Origin: Chamaesiphon sp.
GTDB taxonomy: Bacteria > Cyanobacteriota > Cyanobacteriia > Cyanobacteriales > Chamaesiphonaceae
NCBI GenBank assembly: GCA_965246715.1
Contig: CBDFFH010000022.1
Span: forward strand, 111,404 to 175,403
DNA length: 64,000 bases
Reading direction: 5' to 3'
This document shows, piece by piece, positions 52,101 through 61,125 of this stretch (its first letter is position 1; each line of letters begins with the position of its first letter). The position numbers and the translations under genes were made by a program. The notes beneath the pieces were generated by a model. The model had not been told where the DNA came from. It worked only from the letters and a program-made list of their open reading frames with translations, and ran no database searches.

Positions 52101-52391
52101 CCTGGCGGGGTGGGTAGCTACAGTGGCGGTCTTAACAATTACATGCGGATGCTAGAAGATTGGGGCGGAGCAGGTGCAGGTGGTAACAACTTTAATTATA
52201 GTGGCTCGTTTGTGAGTTTGGGCGCACCGCTCGAATACAGCGGTCAATATTTTGGTGGTGGTACTTACTACAACATTCCAGTGCGGAATTTTAACTTCGA
52301 CCTCAATTTCAATTCCTATGGTCTCTTGCCACCTTTATCTCCACGCGCGATCTTTCTCCAGCAGGATGTCTTCAAACGGACTTACAAGTAA
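49188..52391 (+). CDS. large PilX-like type IV pilus-associated protein
   Basis: Pilin-like leader EG|YAMML plus hydrophobic helix lacking Glu5; FYTAESGLN; PLFQFAVFY, GRVHTNG and GGLNNYMRMLEDW motifs. Confidence 0.8.
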   Translation: MNKNPNPTDRQLLQLILRAQHLARKDAQSDEGYAMMLVSILSILIFSMLGAFLTMTNLNKSSTNAYVDSSNSFYTAESGLNRRANELRQKFIGYATPAGATPGGAVTNPAVNVVNCFAQPIISTANPATANDFECRNFQFNYTKNDSKFQNKSNTNQDFGGSAQITGTSSNVSYIGYTFVADRTVFNPPGSTNVQTTVIPAGNFVGLNSIDYQYTVFATAAKVDPLNPTTTAQGSDARTVLQMNFTSRIVPLFQFAVFYAEDLEMNSTSRMTLSGRVHTNGNLYVQPTGAGNPITIVFNSPVTSGGSIYNNVQSAAYLGLTNYTPPLILQTPPATYFTSSFGNAVSTTPVNVSPFGTMVRDGSVGVQPLTTPDAGFLRKRNYISNKIGEYFGKADLRLEMVPDRDVTSKAAATWTRDTSVIPFNFTSIQTGATGACSQTAPAAGSDPAANYIDPTRQNVGTLNCNVFTKGQLQSLRQPVLVRTDLNQTGGGTLPATEDTTLGKVAALTAFGNPVAPVLSTTANNNAILRALQVALVSTPTPVNYNTLNIPFNAAVYNVDVNTTIPVVSTTAMVDGHLNTFRIAFQNLLIAAGVPTNDQIALLAASPNQIAALRGAWFLPAPVQRIEHNNPAVNIALNPRSSGFYDGRERRWITMLQTNIKSLSVWNRDGIFVEATNQIMANSYAPDPASVTQAFNNGNNSTALVNGATGGLAFVRAPINTTTPSSIFGNPAAAIGLRALGLGASDTTEGGLVFHATVNDRLMGTAPTTALTAANDITTDTFANNTIFRKFPDGVTNYLDGPNGLTGNTIPVDYPRIYPQQPAPTNSNPNPAQSPFGFAFNNGNYLPASMTLVTDQAIYVQGDFNQNGTPQLPAVGGGPDQYRLPAAIMGDTISILSNQCLSGISAANLLNTPRGQIDCGIPGGNLTGGAATGSVNIGGNYTNYPVTGPTAVNAAFLSATRRSCNNVGRAACPGGVGSYSGGLNNYMRMLEDWGGAGAGGNNFNYSGSFVSLGAPLEYSGQYFGGGTYYNIPVRNFNFDLNFNSYGLLPPLSPRAIFLQQDVFKRTYK

Positions 52392-52402
52392 CTATATAAC
52401 TC

Positions 52403-52756
52403 AAGCGGTTAAAACCGCTGCTCGTAGTGCAAAGTCCGCGTAGGCGGACTAAATAACGTGAGTTCGGGATAAGGAAAATCGCTCTGCTCCGTTCAAGCAC
52501 CGCCCTGAACTATAAGTGTTTCGTTCCGAAAGGCTACGCCAACGGGCTAATAGCAAAAGTTCGTTGAAACGAACTAATCAATTGGGCAGTTCTCTGAAGA
52601 GAACTTTTGCTATGAGCAACTAATTCATTTGAGGGCGGTTCAGAAACGAAGCTAGGAGTCATTAAGTGGACATCTTTAACCCGAACTCACGTTAAATATA
52701 TCAGTCCGCCTAGACGGACTTTGCAACATTAGCCACGATTTCAATCGTAGGCATTC
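52403..52756. mobile_element. REP-like palindromic repeat with a type-B MITE (52456-52692, duplication TAAATA) inserted at its centre
   Basis: gtccgcgtaggcggac-taaata-[MITE]-taaata-..gtccgcctagacggac; 24-nt element at 52519-52542. Confidence 0.85.
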
Positions 52757-52977
52757 AATCGGTGGCTAATTTTTGTGTATTTCTCGCGTATATACCTACC
52801 CGAGATCGGTTTTAGCTTCAGGTCGATCGAGATAAAAAGCACAGTTATGGTTACTGTTTACGCATGGGGATTTTTGTCATAGATGTTATAGTGATGGCAA
52901 AGTTGGCAAAAAATTAGGATCGCAAACATAGCTAGTGAGTTCGATCCGCTCCGCTCTACCCCATTACTCATTCGCTC

Positions 52978-54309
52978 ATGTCCCTAGATGTCTACATCGC
53001 TGCGATCGCTGGGTTATTCGCAGGTGCGAGCGGTGGTTATCTTTGGCGAGAAGTATCGCTGCGGCGGCAATTACGGCAAGTTTTAGCTGTAATGGAAGCA
53101 TCCCAGGATCGCGAAGATGTCTCGTTACCGATGGTATCGCAATTACGGCGCAAAGCAAATATCGTTTTACAGCAGCAACAACGCCTAGAACAGCAATTAT
53201 TTAGCTGGCAATCGGTACTCCAAGAAGCACCAATCGGTTATCTCCAACTCGATGCTGAAAATCAGGTACTGTGGTGCAATCACATCGCCTGCGAGCTACT
53301 GCACATCAATAAGTGGGTACCAGGCCAAGCCAGATTATTGCTAGAATTAGTCCGTTCCTACGAACTCGATCGCTCGATCGAAAAAGCGCGATCGACGCAG
53401 TTGTCCCAAAAATTAACCTGGCAGTTTTACTTTGGCTATCAGGAAACCGGAGATGCCCAATCGATTTGGCTGACCGCAAATAGTATTCCCTTGATGGACG
53501 ACGCTATCGGTGTATTCATCGAAAGCCAACAATTGTACGTTGAAGCCGCAGCCGCACGAGAGCGCTGGTTAGCCGATCTCGCTCACGAAATTCGCACGCC
53601 CCTGACTGCGATTCGGCTGGTTGCTGAAACCTTAGAAACCAAGGTTGCCCCCGATTTAAATCGTTGGGTTAAGCGAATGTTGCAAGAAACCAATCGCTTG
53701 ATCGAGCTGGTTCAACATTTTTTAGAACTGAGTCAATTAGAAACCGCACCAGCTCAATATCTGCGCCTGGGAAAAGTAGATATTTTCGAAGCGATCGAAG
53801 ATGCTTGGCATGTGCTAGAACCGATCGCCAGTCAACGTCAAATCGAGCTAATCTGCTATTGTCCCGAAAAATTAGTTTTAGAAATAGATCGCGCCAGATT
53901 TATTCAAGTATTTATTAATTTATTCGATAATAGTATTAAATATTGTCCCGATCGCGGACATATTTGGATCGATATTCGATTTGTCGATTGTGGTGATACC
54001 CCTCCAGATCGAGATGAACCAGCCGATCGGATCGAAATTAATCTTTACGATGATGGTGCTGGTTTTAGCCAGCACGATCTCCCCTATATCTTCGATCGGT
54101 TGTATCGCGGCGATCTCTCCCGCAAACGCGATGGTAGTCAAACTTCACCAGGTAACCAAGGTACCCCAGCAACTACCGGAAGTGGATTGGGATTGGCCAT
54201 CGTCCGGCAAATTACGCTCGCACATGAAGGAAAAATTACGGCGAACAATCATCCAAAGACAGGCGGAGCTTGGATTCAAATATTTTTGCCGTCAGGTAAA
54301 TTAAATTAG
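52978..54309 (+). CDS. sphS: phosphate-sensing histidine kinase (SphS/PhoR-like)
   Basis: PAS-like region, LAHEIRTPLT (H box), NLFDNSIKY, D.G.G, FDRLYRGD and GSGLGLAIV; followed by phoU. Confidence 0.85.
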   Translation: MSLDVYIAAIAGLFAGASGGYLWREVSLRRQLRQVLAVMEASQDREDVSLPMVSQLRRKANIVLQQQQRLEQQLFSWQSVLQEAPIGYLQLDAENQVLWCNHIACELLHINKWVPGQARLLLELVRSYELDRSIEKARSTQLSQKLTWQFYFGYQETGDAQSIWLTANSIPLMDDAIGVFIESQQLYVEAAAARERWLADLAHEIRTPLTAIRLVAETLETKVAPDLNRWVKRMLQETNRLIELVQHFLELSQLETAPAQYLRLGKVDIFEAIEDAWHVLEPIASQRQIELICYCPEKLVLEIDRARFIQVFINLFDNSIKYCPDRGHIWIDIRFVDCGDTPPDRDEPADRIEINLYDDGAGFSQHDLPYIFDRLYRGDLSRKRDGSQTSPGNQGTPATTGSGLGLAIVRQITLAHEGKITANNHPKTGGAWIQIFLPSGKLN

Positions 54310-54428
54310 ATTAAGATTTCAGATGTCTTTTATACATTTATTAACTCGCCTTAATCGTTAAGATAAGTGAAAGCCCAGTTATTTAAATTTGGTCGTTCCA
54401 AGTCTACATAATATAATTAATTTTAAGT

Positions 54429-55100
54429 GTGACTACATCTTATTCTTATCCCTTGAATGAGTCCAATAATCCTTTCAGGTTTCGTACTCGCCGGATCGAG
54501 CAGGATCTGCTGCGGATGGGTGCGCTAGTCGAAGAGTCCTTTCGGATGGCGCATCGATCGCTATTTCAGCGCGATATCGAAATCGTCGATCGCATCCCCT
54601 TACTCGATCGAAAAATCGATCGGTTTTATCACCAAATCGAACTTGAATGTGCCGAACTGATGGCACTCGCTTCCCCTGTCGCGCAGGATTTACGGTTGCT
54701 CAGTGCCTTTATGCAAATGGTGCGAGATCTAGAGCGGATTGGGGACTATGCCAAAGATATCGGAGATATTTCGCTCAAATTGTTTCCCTATGCCGAACAT
54801 CCATGCTTGCCCGCGATCGAGCAGATGTCTCACAATGCCCGAGCGATGCTAGAATCCAGTTTGATTGCCCTCGCCAATCTCGATGGCACTGCTGGCCCAG
54901 TCATTCACAAACTCGACGATAATGTCGATCGGGCATACGATGAAATTTATCAGATTTTAGCCAGTCAGACCGATATTCAAGGCACTGTCGAACCCACAAT
55001 TTTGATGGCGCTCACGATCCGGCACCTGGAACGGATGGCCGATCATGCAACTAATATTGCCTTTCGAGTGACTTTTATCGTCACAGGTAGCCGAACGTAA
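54429..55100 (+). CDS. phoU: phosphate signalling complex protein PhoU (SphU)
   Basis: PVAQDLR, DLERIGDYA and LERMADHATNIA motifs. Confidence 0.95.
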   Translation: MTTSYSYPLNESNNPFRFRTRRIEQDLLRMGALVEESFRMAHRSLFQRDIEIVDRIPLLDRKIDRFYHQIELECAELMALASPVAQDLRLLSAFMQMVRDLERIGDYAKDIGDISLKLFPYAEHPCLPAIEQMSHNARAMLESSLIALANLDGTAGPVIHKLDDNVDRAYDEIYQILASQTDIQGTVEPTILMALTIRHLERMADHATNIAFRVTFIVTGSRT

Positions 55101-55143
55101 GACCTCTGGGCATCGGAGCGGGCTAAGGAATGAGAACTAAATA

Positions 55144-55343
55144 ACGTGAGTCGCTATCTATCAACCCCAGCGGTTAGAAACCGCCGTATCTGCAAGGCAG
55201 ACGCTTCGCGAACGGAGTGCAAAGTCCGGTTGTTGCCGCTCGCGGCAAAAGCCTGCCTTCGCGGACTGAATTTCTTAGTCCGCGAAGGCGGACTTTGCAA
55301 TATTAGCAGCGACTTTAGTCGCAGGCGATCGGTAGGTAGCAAT
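55144..55343. mobile_element. decayed MITE/REP-like repeat with a type-A right end and a 24-nt insertion
   Basis: Same core as 34869 and 56484; aggtagcaa end; insertion at 55189-55212. Confidence 0.7.
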
Positions 55344-55348
55344 TCCTC

Positions 55349-55386
55349 CTTTGGTAGGGGCAATTCATGAATTGCCCCTACCAAAG
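55349..55386. repeat. perfect 38-bp REP-like palindrome
   Basis: ctttggtaggggcaattca-tgaattgcccctaccaaag, with GTAG...CTAC near the ends. Confidence 0.85.
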
Positions 55387-55429
55387 CTTGGGGCGACGGT
55401 AGATCTGCATATTATTAAATCCTTATTCC

Positions 55430-56416
55430 TTAGCCAAGAACTTCGCCCACAGCCAGTCTAGTTCCATTCACTAGATCGGCTCCAGATTGAGGGCGTTTGC
55501 TCGGAAGTTGAACTTCGCGGAGCAGGATACAGCCTGAGCCAGTTTTAACGATCGGCCCTAACCCTTTGGCAATTTTGACAACCGCACCAATTGAGGTATT
55601 ACTTACATCTAGACTATCGATCTCAGACTGAAGTTGCTGAATTTCTGGGGGTAAATCCATAGCGGCGGCTGTCAGCGGTAACGTTGCTAGAATTTTGAGT
55701 GGTTGGGTGCGAAATATCGTCACACAATTGGGGTAAAAGCCCCGAATCCGATCGTGAATAGTCATACTCGATCGCGACCAATCGATCGTATACTCTGATT
55801 TCTGAATCGGTGGTGCGTAGGTAGCCGCTGAATGCTCCTGGGGAATGGGTGTAATCCGATCGAAGTCATCTAGAGTCGCAACTAACAAATCCGCCCCGAT
55901 CGTGGCTAACCTGACTGCCAAAGAATCGGCATTGTCCCACAGGCTAACGGGAGTCTCTGACTTGAGTAACATCGCTCCGGTATCCATGCCTGCATCCATG
56001 AGCATGGTAGTAATACCCGTAGTGTTGACCCCATCGGTTAAACAACGTTGAATGGGCGCGGCTCCACGATACTGTGGTAGGAGCGAGCCATGAACATTGA
56101 TACAAGCCAATCTAGGTAAATCGAGAATTTCTTGAGATAATATCTGTCCGTAGGCAATTACGACAAATACATCGGCGGCGAGCTGACGTAATGCCGCGAT
56201 CGTTTCTGGCGCTTTTTTGATCCGATCGGGTTGGAAAATTGGCAATTGATGAGCTTGGGCAATTTTGGCGATTGGTGATGGGATAACTTGATTTCCCCTC
56301 CCACGCACTTTATCCGGCTGAGTTACCACCCCAACCACCTGAAATTGCGGATTGGCTAAAAGCTGCTCTAGTGTGGGAATAGCAAATTGAGGAGTACCGA
56401 AAAAGACGATTCGCAT
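55430..56416 (-). CDS. fmt: methionyl-tRNA formyltransferase
   Basis: FFGTPQFA, VVTQPD, AYGQIL, NVHGSLLPQYRGAAPI and MDTG motifs. Confidence 0.96.
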   Translation of the reverse strand: MRIVFFGTPQFAIPTLEQLLANPQFQVVGVVTQPDKVRGRGNQVIPSPIAKIAQAHQLPIFQPDRIKKAPETIAALRQLAADVFVVIAYGQILSQEILDLPRLACINVHGSLLPQYRGAAPIQRCLTDGVNTTGITTMLMDAGMDTGAMLLKSETPVSLWDNADSLAVRLATIGADLLVATLDDFDRITPIPQEHSAATYAPPIQKSEYTIDWSRSSMTIHDRIRGFYPNCVTIFRTQPLKILATLPLTAAAMDLPPEIQQLQSEIDSLDVSNTSIGAVVKIAKGLGPIVKTGSGCILLREVQLPSKRPQSGADLVNGTRLAVGEVLG

Positions 56417-56483
56417 TCGAGGGAGTAGGGATTAGAGGATGATGAGAGATTTTAGATCGAACGATCGAGATTAGTGCTAACTA

Positions 56484-56662
56484 ACCCAAGTTGCTACCTA
56501 GAAACGCCTACGATTGAAATCGTGGCTAATGTTGCAAAGTCCGCCTTCGCGGACTGAGAAATTCAGTACGCGAAGGCAGGCTTTTGCCGCGAGCGGCAAC
56601 AACCGGACTTTGCACTCCGAGCAGCGGTTTTAACCGCTGGAGTTGTAGGTAGCAACTTGGAT
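56484..56662. mobile_element. MITE type A, target duplication TAACTA
   Basis: acccaagttgctacct / aggtagcaacttggat; taacta at 56478-56483 and 56663-56668. Confidence 0.87.
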
Positions 56663-56720
56663 TAACTACTAATAAATATTATCTACCGTTCACGGTTCCC
56701 TATTCCCTATTCCCTATCCC

Positions 56721-58253
56721 CTACTTACTAGCTACCTGCCGAGTCAAACTAGCTTGTAGCATTGGAGTTTTACTAGCAGAGTCATTGGCAAGAGTAAATA
56801 AGGGATTGGAAAGAATACCCGCAACCGATGTAATGACAAGAGTTACTACCATTGCCACTTGGAGCGATCGCATTCCTGGAATATTCCAGTTCACGACAGG
56901 ATAGTTCTTAACTACATCAGACATCTCATTTGGTTCTTTGACAACCATCATCTTGACAACGCGGATGTAATAATAGATCGATACCACACTAGTAATCAGT
57001 CCCAGCAGTACTAAACCGTAAGCCCCTGCTTTCCAGCCAGCCCAGAAGATATAGATTTTGCCAAAGAAACCAGCTAGCGGGGGAATACCACCGAGCGATA
57101 GCAGGCAGATACTTAAAGCCAGAGTTAGGAAGGGATCTTTTTGATATAGACCAGCATAATCGCTAATGCGATCGGTACCCGTCCGCAATGCAAATAGAAT
57201 CACACAGGCAAATCCACCCAAGTTCATAAACAGGTAGACAAATAGATAAAACACCATACTGGCATAACCAGTTTCGGTACCGATAATCATCCCGATCATC
57301 ACAAAGCCAGCTTGCGCGATCGATGAGTATGCTAGCATTCGCTTCATGCTCGTCTGTGCCAGCGCCACGATATTTCCCAGCACCATGCTCAAAACGGCTA
57401 ACGCGGTAAAAATAAAGTGCCATTCCGCACTCACTAGGGGGAAAGCTGTAACTAGCAACCGAATTGCTAACGCAAATCCAGCAGCTTTGGAACCGACAGA
57501 CAAGAACGCAACTACTGGAGTCGGCGAACCTTCATATACATCTGGAGTCCATTGATGGAACGGTACTGCCGAAATCTTAAAGGCAATTCCTGCGATGACA
57601 AATACCAGCGATACGATTAAGCCCAATGATAGATTACCATTAGCTTTGGCAATCCCGGCAGCGATCGCGGCTAGAGTAGTTTCGCCGCCGGATAATCCGT
57701 ACAGTAAGGAGACACCATACAAAAACACTGCCGAACTCGAAGCGCCGATCAACAGGTATTTTAACGCTGCTTCATTAGAGCGCGGGTCGCGTTTCATGTA
57801 ACCAGTCATCAGATAGGATGAGATACTCAGCGTTTCCAACGACACAAAAATCGTCACTAGTTCTGTCGCGCCAGAGAGTAGCATCCCCCCTAATGTCGCT
57901 GTGAGTAAAATCGTGACAAACTCAGCCAATGCCGTTCCTGTTTGTTCGACATAACTAATCGACATCAAGATCGTCACCGCCGCAGCGAGGGCAACGATCC
58001 CTCGAAATACGACACTGAGCGGATCGCTACTAAATGCACCGATAAAGGCAACTGGATTAGCAGTATCCCACTGTAAGGTTAGAGCCGCGATCGCCAGAAG
58101 TAAACCACCGATCGCAATATAGGATAAGTTGCGAGCAGCCGTCCGTCCAAAAATCAAGTCTCCAACTAGAACTGTTAACAGTGTAATAATGACGATCCCT
58201 TCTGGGAGAATCGCCCCAGCATTGAGCTGGGCAACTAAATTATTAAAATCCAT
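56721..58253 (-). CDS. ndhB: NAD(P)H-quinone oxidoreductase subunit 2
   Basis: [41 protein letters not shown] and [11 protein letters not shown] motifs. Confidence 0.97.
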   Translation of the reverse strand: MDFNNLVAQLNAGAILPEGIVIITLLTVLVGDLIFGRTAARNLSYIAIGGLLLAIAALTLQWDTANPVAFIGAFSSDPLSVVFRGIVALAAAVTILMSISYVEQTGTALAEFVTILLTATLGGMLLSGATELVTIFVSLETLSISSYLMTGYMKRDPRSNEAALKYLLIGASSSAVFLYGVSLLYGLSGGETTLAAIAAGIAKANGNLSLGLIVSLVFVIAGIAFKISAVPFHQWTPDVYEGSPTPVVAFLSVGSKAAGFALAIRLLVTAFPLVSAEWHFIFTALAVLSMVLGNIVALAQTSMKRMLAYSSIAQAGFVMIGMIIGTETGYASMVFYLFVYLFMNLGGFACVILFALRTGTDRISDYAGLYQKDPFLTLALSICLLSLGGIPPLAGFFGKIYIFWAGWKAGAYGLVLLGLITSVVSIYYYIRVVKMMVVKEPNEMSDVVKNYPVVNWNIPGMRSLQVAMVVTLVITSVAGILSNPLFTLANDSASKTPMLQASLTRQVASK

Positions 58254-58383
58254 AACTATTTCAATTTAAGAACCGATCTCCAATAACCATCAAACAGTAA
58301 GTTGCTAGGCAGCAATCGCTGATGAACGATTGCTCAGTATGCTTCCGATCTTACCGCACTGTCTCGACACATAATACTCCCGC

Positions 58384-58659
58384 CTATTCCCGCTCGGGCA
58401 AAGCACAGCAGTTAATATCATCTATACACACTTTGCCCCATTGGAGTGCCCATCGGACTAGTGCCACGCGATTATCGACACCAGTACCAGCTTTTTCAAG
58501 GATATTGCTGACATGGTTGTCCACCGTGCGTTTGCTAATTTCCAATCGATCGGCAATGTCCTTATTCGTCAAGCCAGCAGTTACCAGTTCGATGATTTCT
58601 ACTTCCCGATCGGATAATGTCGCAGGTGTTTGAAGCTTATTATCGTTAGTCATCATCAC
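58384..58659 (-). CDS. pedR: small LuxR-type regulator, PedR-like
   Basis: LSDRE..GLTN..IA..LEISKRTVDNH.SNIL...NRVALVRWALQWGKVC.DD.NCC. Confidence 0.85.
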   Translation of the reverse strand: MMMTNDNKLQTPATLSDREVEIIELVTAGLTNKDIADRLEISKRTVDNHVSNILEKAGTGVDNRVALVRWALQWGKVCIDDINCCALPERE

Positions 58660-58764
58660 TGCCTTGCTGCTAGAGAGTCATATCCTTAATACCATCGATT
58701 CTAATCCGTTCCTTTACCAATGTGCGAGCGATTTAGTCAATGATTGTTACCAGTAATCAGTTTA

Positions 58765-59466
58765 CTACTCCGCTGCGGCGCGATCGCGACTGCCAAAGCT
58801 AGACATTACGCGCCCACAACAGCGGAATTTAGCATAATAAGCAAGACTGACGGGATCTGTCGCGCGCTCTGATAAAACATCGATCCCGATCCCATTCCTG
58901 CCGATTTGGATGCCAGAGCTGTGAATGTACTCCAAATTTCCTAAGTGCAACGCCACATGGTCGGTTTTTTCGGGGGTTCCAAAAAAGATCAGATCCCCTG
59001 GTAACATTTCCAAGATCGCAACCTGTTCGATAAAAGCTTCTTGCTGATATGAGTCGCGAGGTAACCAAATCCCTTGGGACTGAAATGCCGCCTGCATCAA
59101 TCCAGAACAATCATAATTCGGTGCTACCGTCCCTCCCCATAGATAGCAATTGGCTACTTGCCTCGCTGCCTGCGCGAACGCAATAATCTGCGGAATTCGA
59201 TCGGCAATCGTATCCCGATCGATCTGGATGGGTTGATAGATATCGGCTGTCGATTCCAAGACTGTCACATCGTCGAGTTTTAACCAAGCGGGATAATCAT
59301 CCTCACAGAGTCGAATGGGAATCGCTTGTTGGGTAGGAATAGCTGAAACGATGCGTAAATGTCGATCGGCGGCAGCTTGAGTAGCTAATCCTTCACAAAT
59401 TGGGGAACTATAAAGATCGAGATTGGCTCGACATCGATATTCATGTTCGGTAGTGAGATCCATCAC
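58765..59466 (-). CDS. NlpC/P60 (C40) peptidase
   Basis: YLWGG, DCSGL, LPRDSYQQ, PGDLIFF, HVAL and HSS motifs. Confidence 0.92.
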   Translation of the reverse strand: MMDLTTEHEYRCRANLDLYSSPICEGLATQAAADRHLRIVSAIPTQQAIPIRLCEDDYPAWLKLDDVTVLESTADIYQPIQIDRDTIADRIPQIIAFAQAARQVANCYLWGGTVAPNYDCSGLMQAAFQSQGIWLPRDSYQQEAFIEQVAILEMLPGDLIFFGTPEKTDHVALHLGNLEYIHSSGIQIGRNGIGIDVLSERATDPVSLAYYAKFRCCGRVMSSFGSRDRAAAE

Positions 59467-59810
59467 ATTCGTTCTTAATATTGATATATCAATTTTTATT
59501 GTAAGTTTAAACCGTACGTAAATTCACCAAAATTTAGTCATTCTAAAATTAGAGCGTCCGTGTAATTACTTAGCGATCCAAGTCACAGTGAAAGCCCGAT
59601 CGTCAAGTTAGGATTGATTCATATTTTAAATATTTATCTCGATCGAGTTAACCAGATGCGTAGTTATATTTATCAATCTAATTTAGATACTTGTAGTTTC
59701 GATCGCCGACTTGGGCATACTAGTCGTAGCAATCTCTCTGCATTGGACTAAGAGTCTAAAGCAGTGGCATAGACAATTCTTATTTTATCTTCACTGAGGA
59801 GTCCTCGATC

Positions 59811-60497
59811 GTGGCGATTCGACCAACCCAAAATAACTATCAAGGTTTTACCTTGTTAGAAATGCTAATTTCACTTAGCATTATGTCTATTTTGATTGGA
59901 TTAACACTACCGTCCTTTCTAACAATCAATAAACCCCTGCGGATTGCCACATCACAAATGTCCAGTCAGCTAAGTTTAGTGCGATCGAAAGCCATCTCTG
60001 GTAATAGAGCCTATCGCATCAAACCCATGTATACAAATTCGGCAGATTATGTCGGGCAAGATAATCCACAAGGAAGAGCCAATAAATTTGTAGTTGAATA
60101 TGCTAATAATTGTGCTGTCTCTAATGGTCCAAACTGGTCGAGAGCTTCAGAATTCGATCTGACGCTACCAAAAGGTGTCGGGATTACAGATGTTTCTAGT
60201 ACGACGCTGACAGTACCGGTTGCTGGCTTCCCTTCTGTCACTGTCAATAATAATTTAGATTGGTCTACTGGGCCAGGTATCTGCTTCGACAATCGTGGAA
60301 TTCTCCAAACTTCGCCACCCAACACCCCACCTAGATTTATTCTGAAAGATTATAACGATAACAATCGGGCAAAAATAGCACTGTTTAATGTAACTTTTGC
60401 AGGTGCAGTTGAATTTGCAACTTACGACAAAAATAATAATCCGGTAATTCAAAATAATAACACTGTTATAAACAATAACTCTTTACCGGATTATTAA
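59811..60497 (+). CDS. FimT/GspH-like minor (pseudo)pilin
   Basis: QG|FTLLE prepilin site; RSKAI; FDNRG. Confidence 0.85.
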   Translation: MAIRPTQNNYQGFTLLEMLISLSIMSILIGLTLPSFLTINKPLRIATSQMSSQLSLVRSKAISGNRAYRIKPMYTNSADYVGQDNPQGRANKFVVEYANNCAVSNGPNWSRASEFDLTLPKGVGITDVSSTTLTVPVAGFPSVTVNNNLDWSTGPGICFDNRGILQTSPPNTPPRFILKDYNDNNRAKIALFNVTFAGAVEFATYDKNNNPVIQNNNTVINNNSLPDY

Positions 60498-60573
60498 GTG
60501 CGATTGAGGCTTTGTCGATAGTTTTGAGTACCAAGCATCATTGTATTTTAAATTAAATCAAAGATATGTAGTT

Positions 60574-61125
60574 ATGCTATTAAAGTTTAATCGAACTCCA
60601 ATCGAAGAAAAACCACAAATATCAGAGCAAGGGTTTAGTGTTCTTGAGACATCGATTGCATTGGTAACATTAGCAATTTGTATCGCTTATGCAATGCCAT
60701 TATTTTTATACGCTACAATCAACAACTCCAACAGTCAGACGCGCACGGGTGCGTTGATTGTTGCCCAAAGAGTATTTGATAATATTCGATCGCAATCGAT
60801 CGCCAACTTACCCAAGAATGATGGTTTAAATGACCCAGCTGCTGGCAATGTGAACCCAGTACGAATGCCTGCAAACATCAATAGTCCTACTGCGGCAGAA
60901 AAATTACTTACCAAGGCAATGGGGCGGCAGTATCAAACAAAAATTACTTATTGCCAAGGTAAGTTGTTTACACCCGCATCTGCTGGCCCGCCAGCAACTC
61001 TAGCAAGTCCAGCAGATCCTACTGTGTGTGCTGAGAACTATCGAAAATTTAAAGTTGAGGTTTATAAAAACGATGGCACGACCAAAGTATACGATCTTGA
61101 AGGTACTTTTACAGATTTCCAATAA
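60574..61125 (+). CDS. PilV-like minor pilin
   Basis: QG|FSVLE prepilin site; start placed at the ATG at 60574. Confidence 0.8.
   Translation: MLLKFNRTPIEEKPQISEQGFSVLETSIALVTLAICIAYAMPLFLYATINNSNSQTRTGALIVAQRVFDNIRSQSIANLPKNDGLNDPAAGNVNPVRMPANINSPTAAEKLLTKAMGRQYQTKITYCQGKLFTPASAGPPATLASPADPTVCAENYRKFKVEVYKNDGTTKVYDLEGTFTDFQ

Noticed and set aside
48904..52692. pilX as an already transposed composite transposon
   Set aside because: The outer flanks differ and each MITE has its own duplication, which indicates independent insertions.
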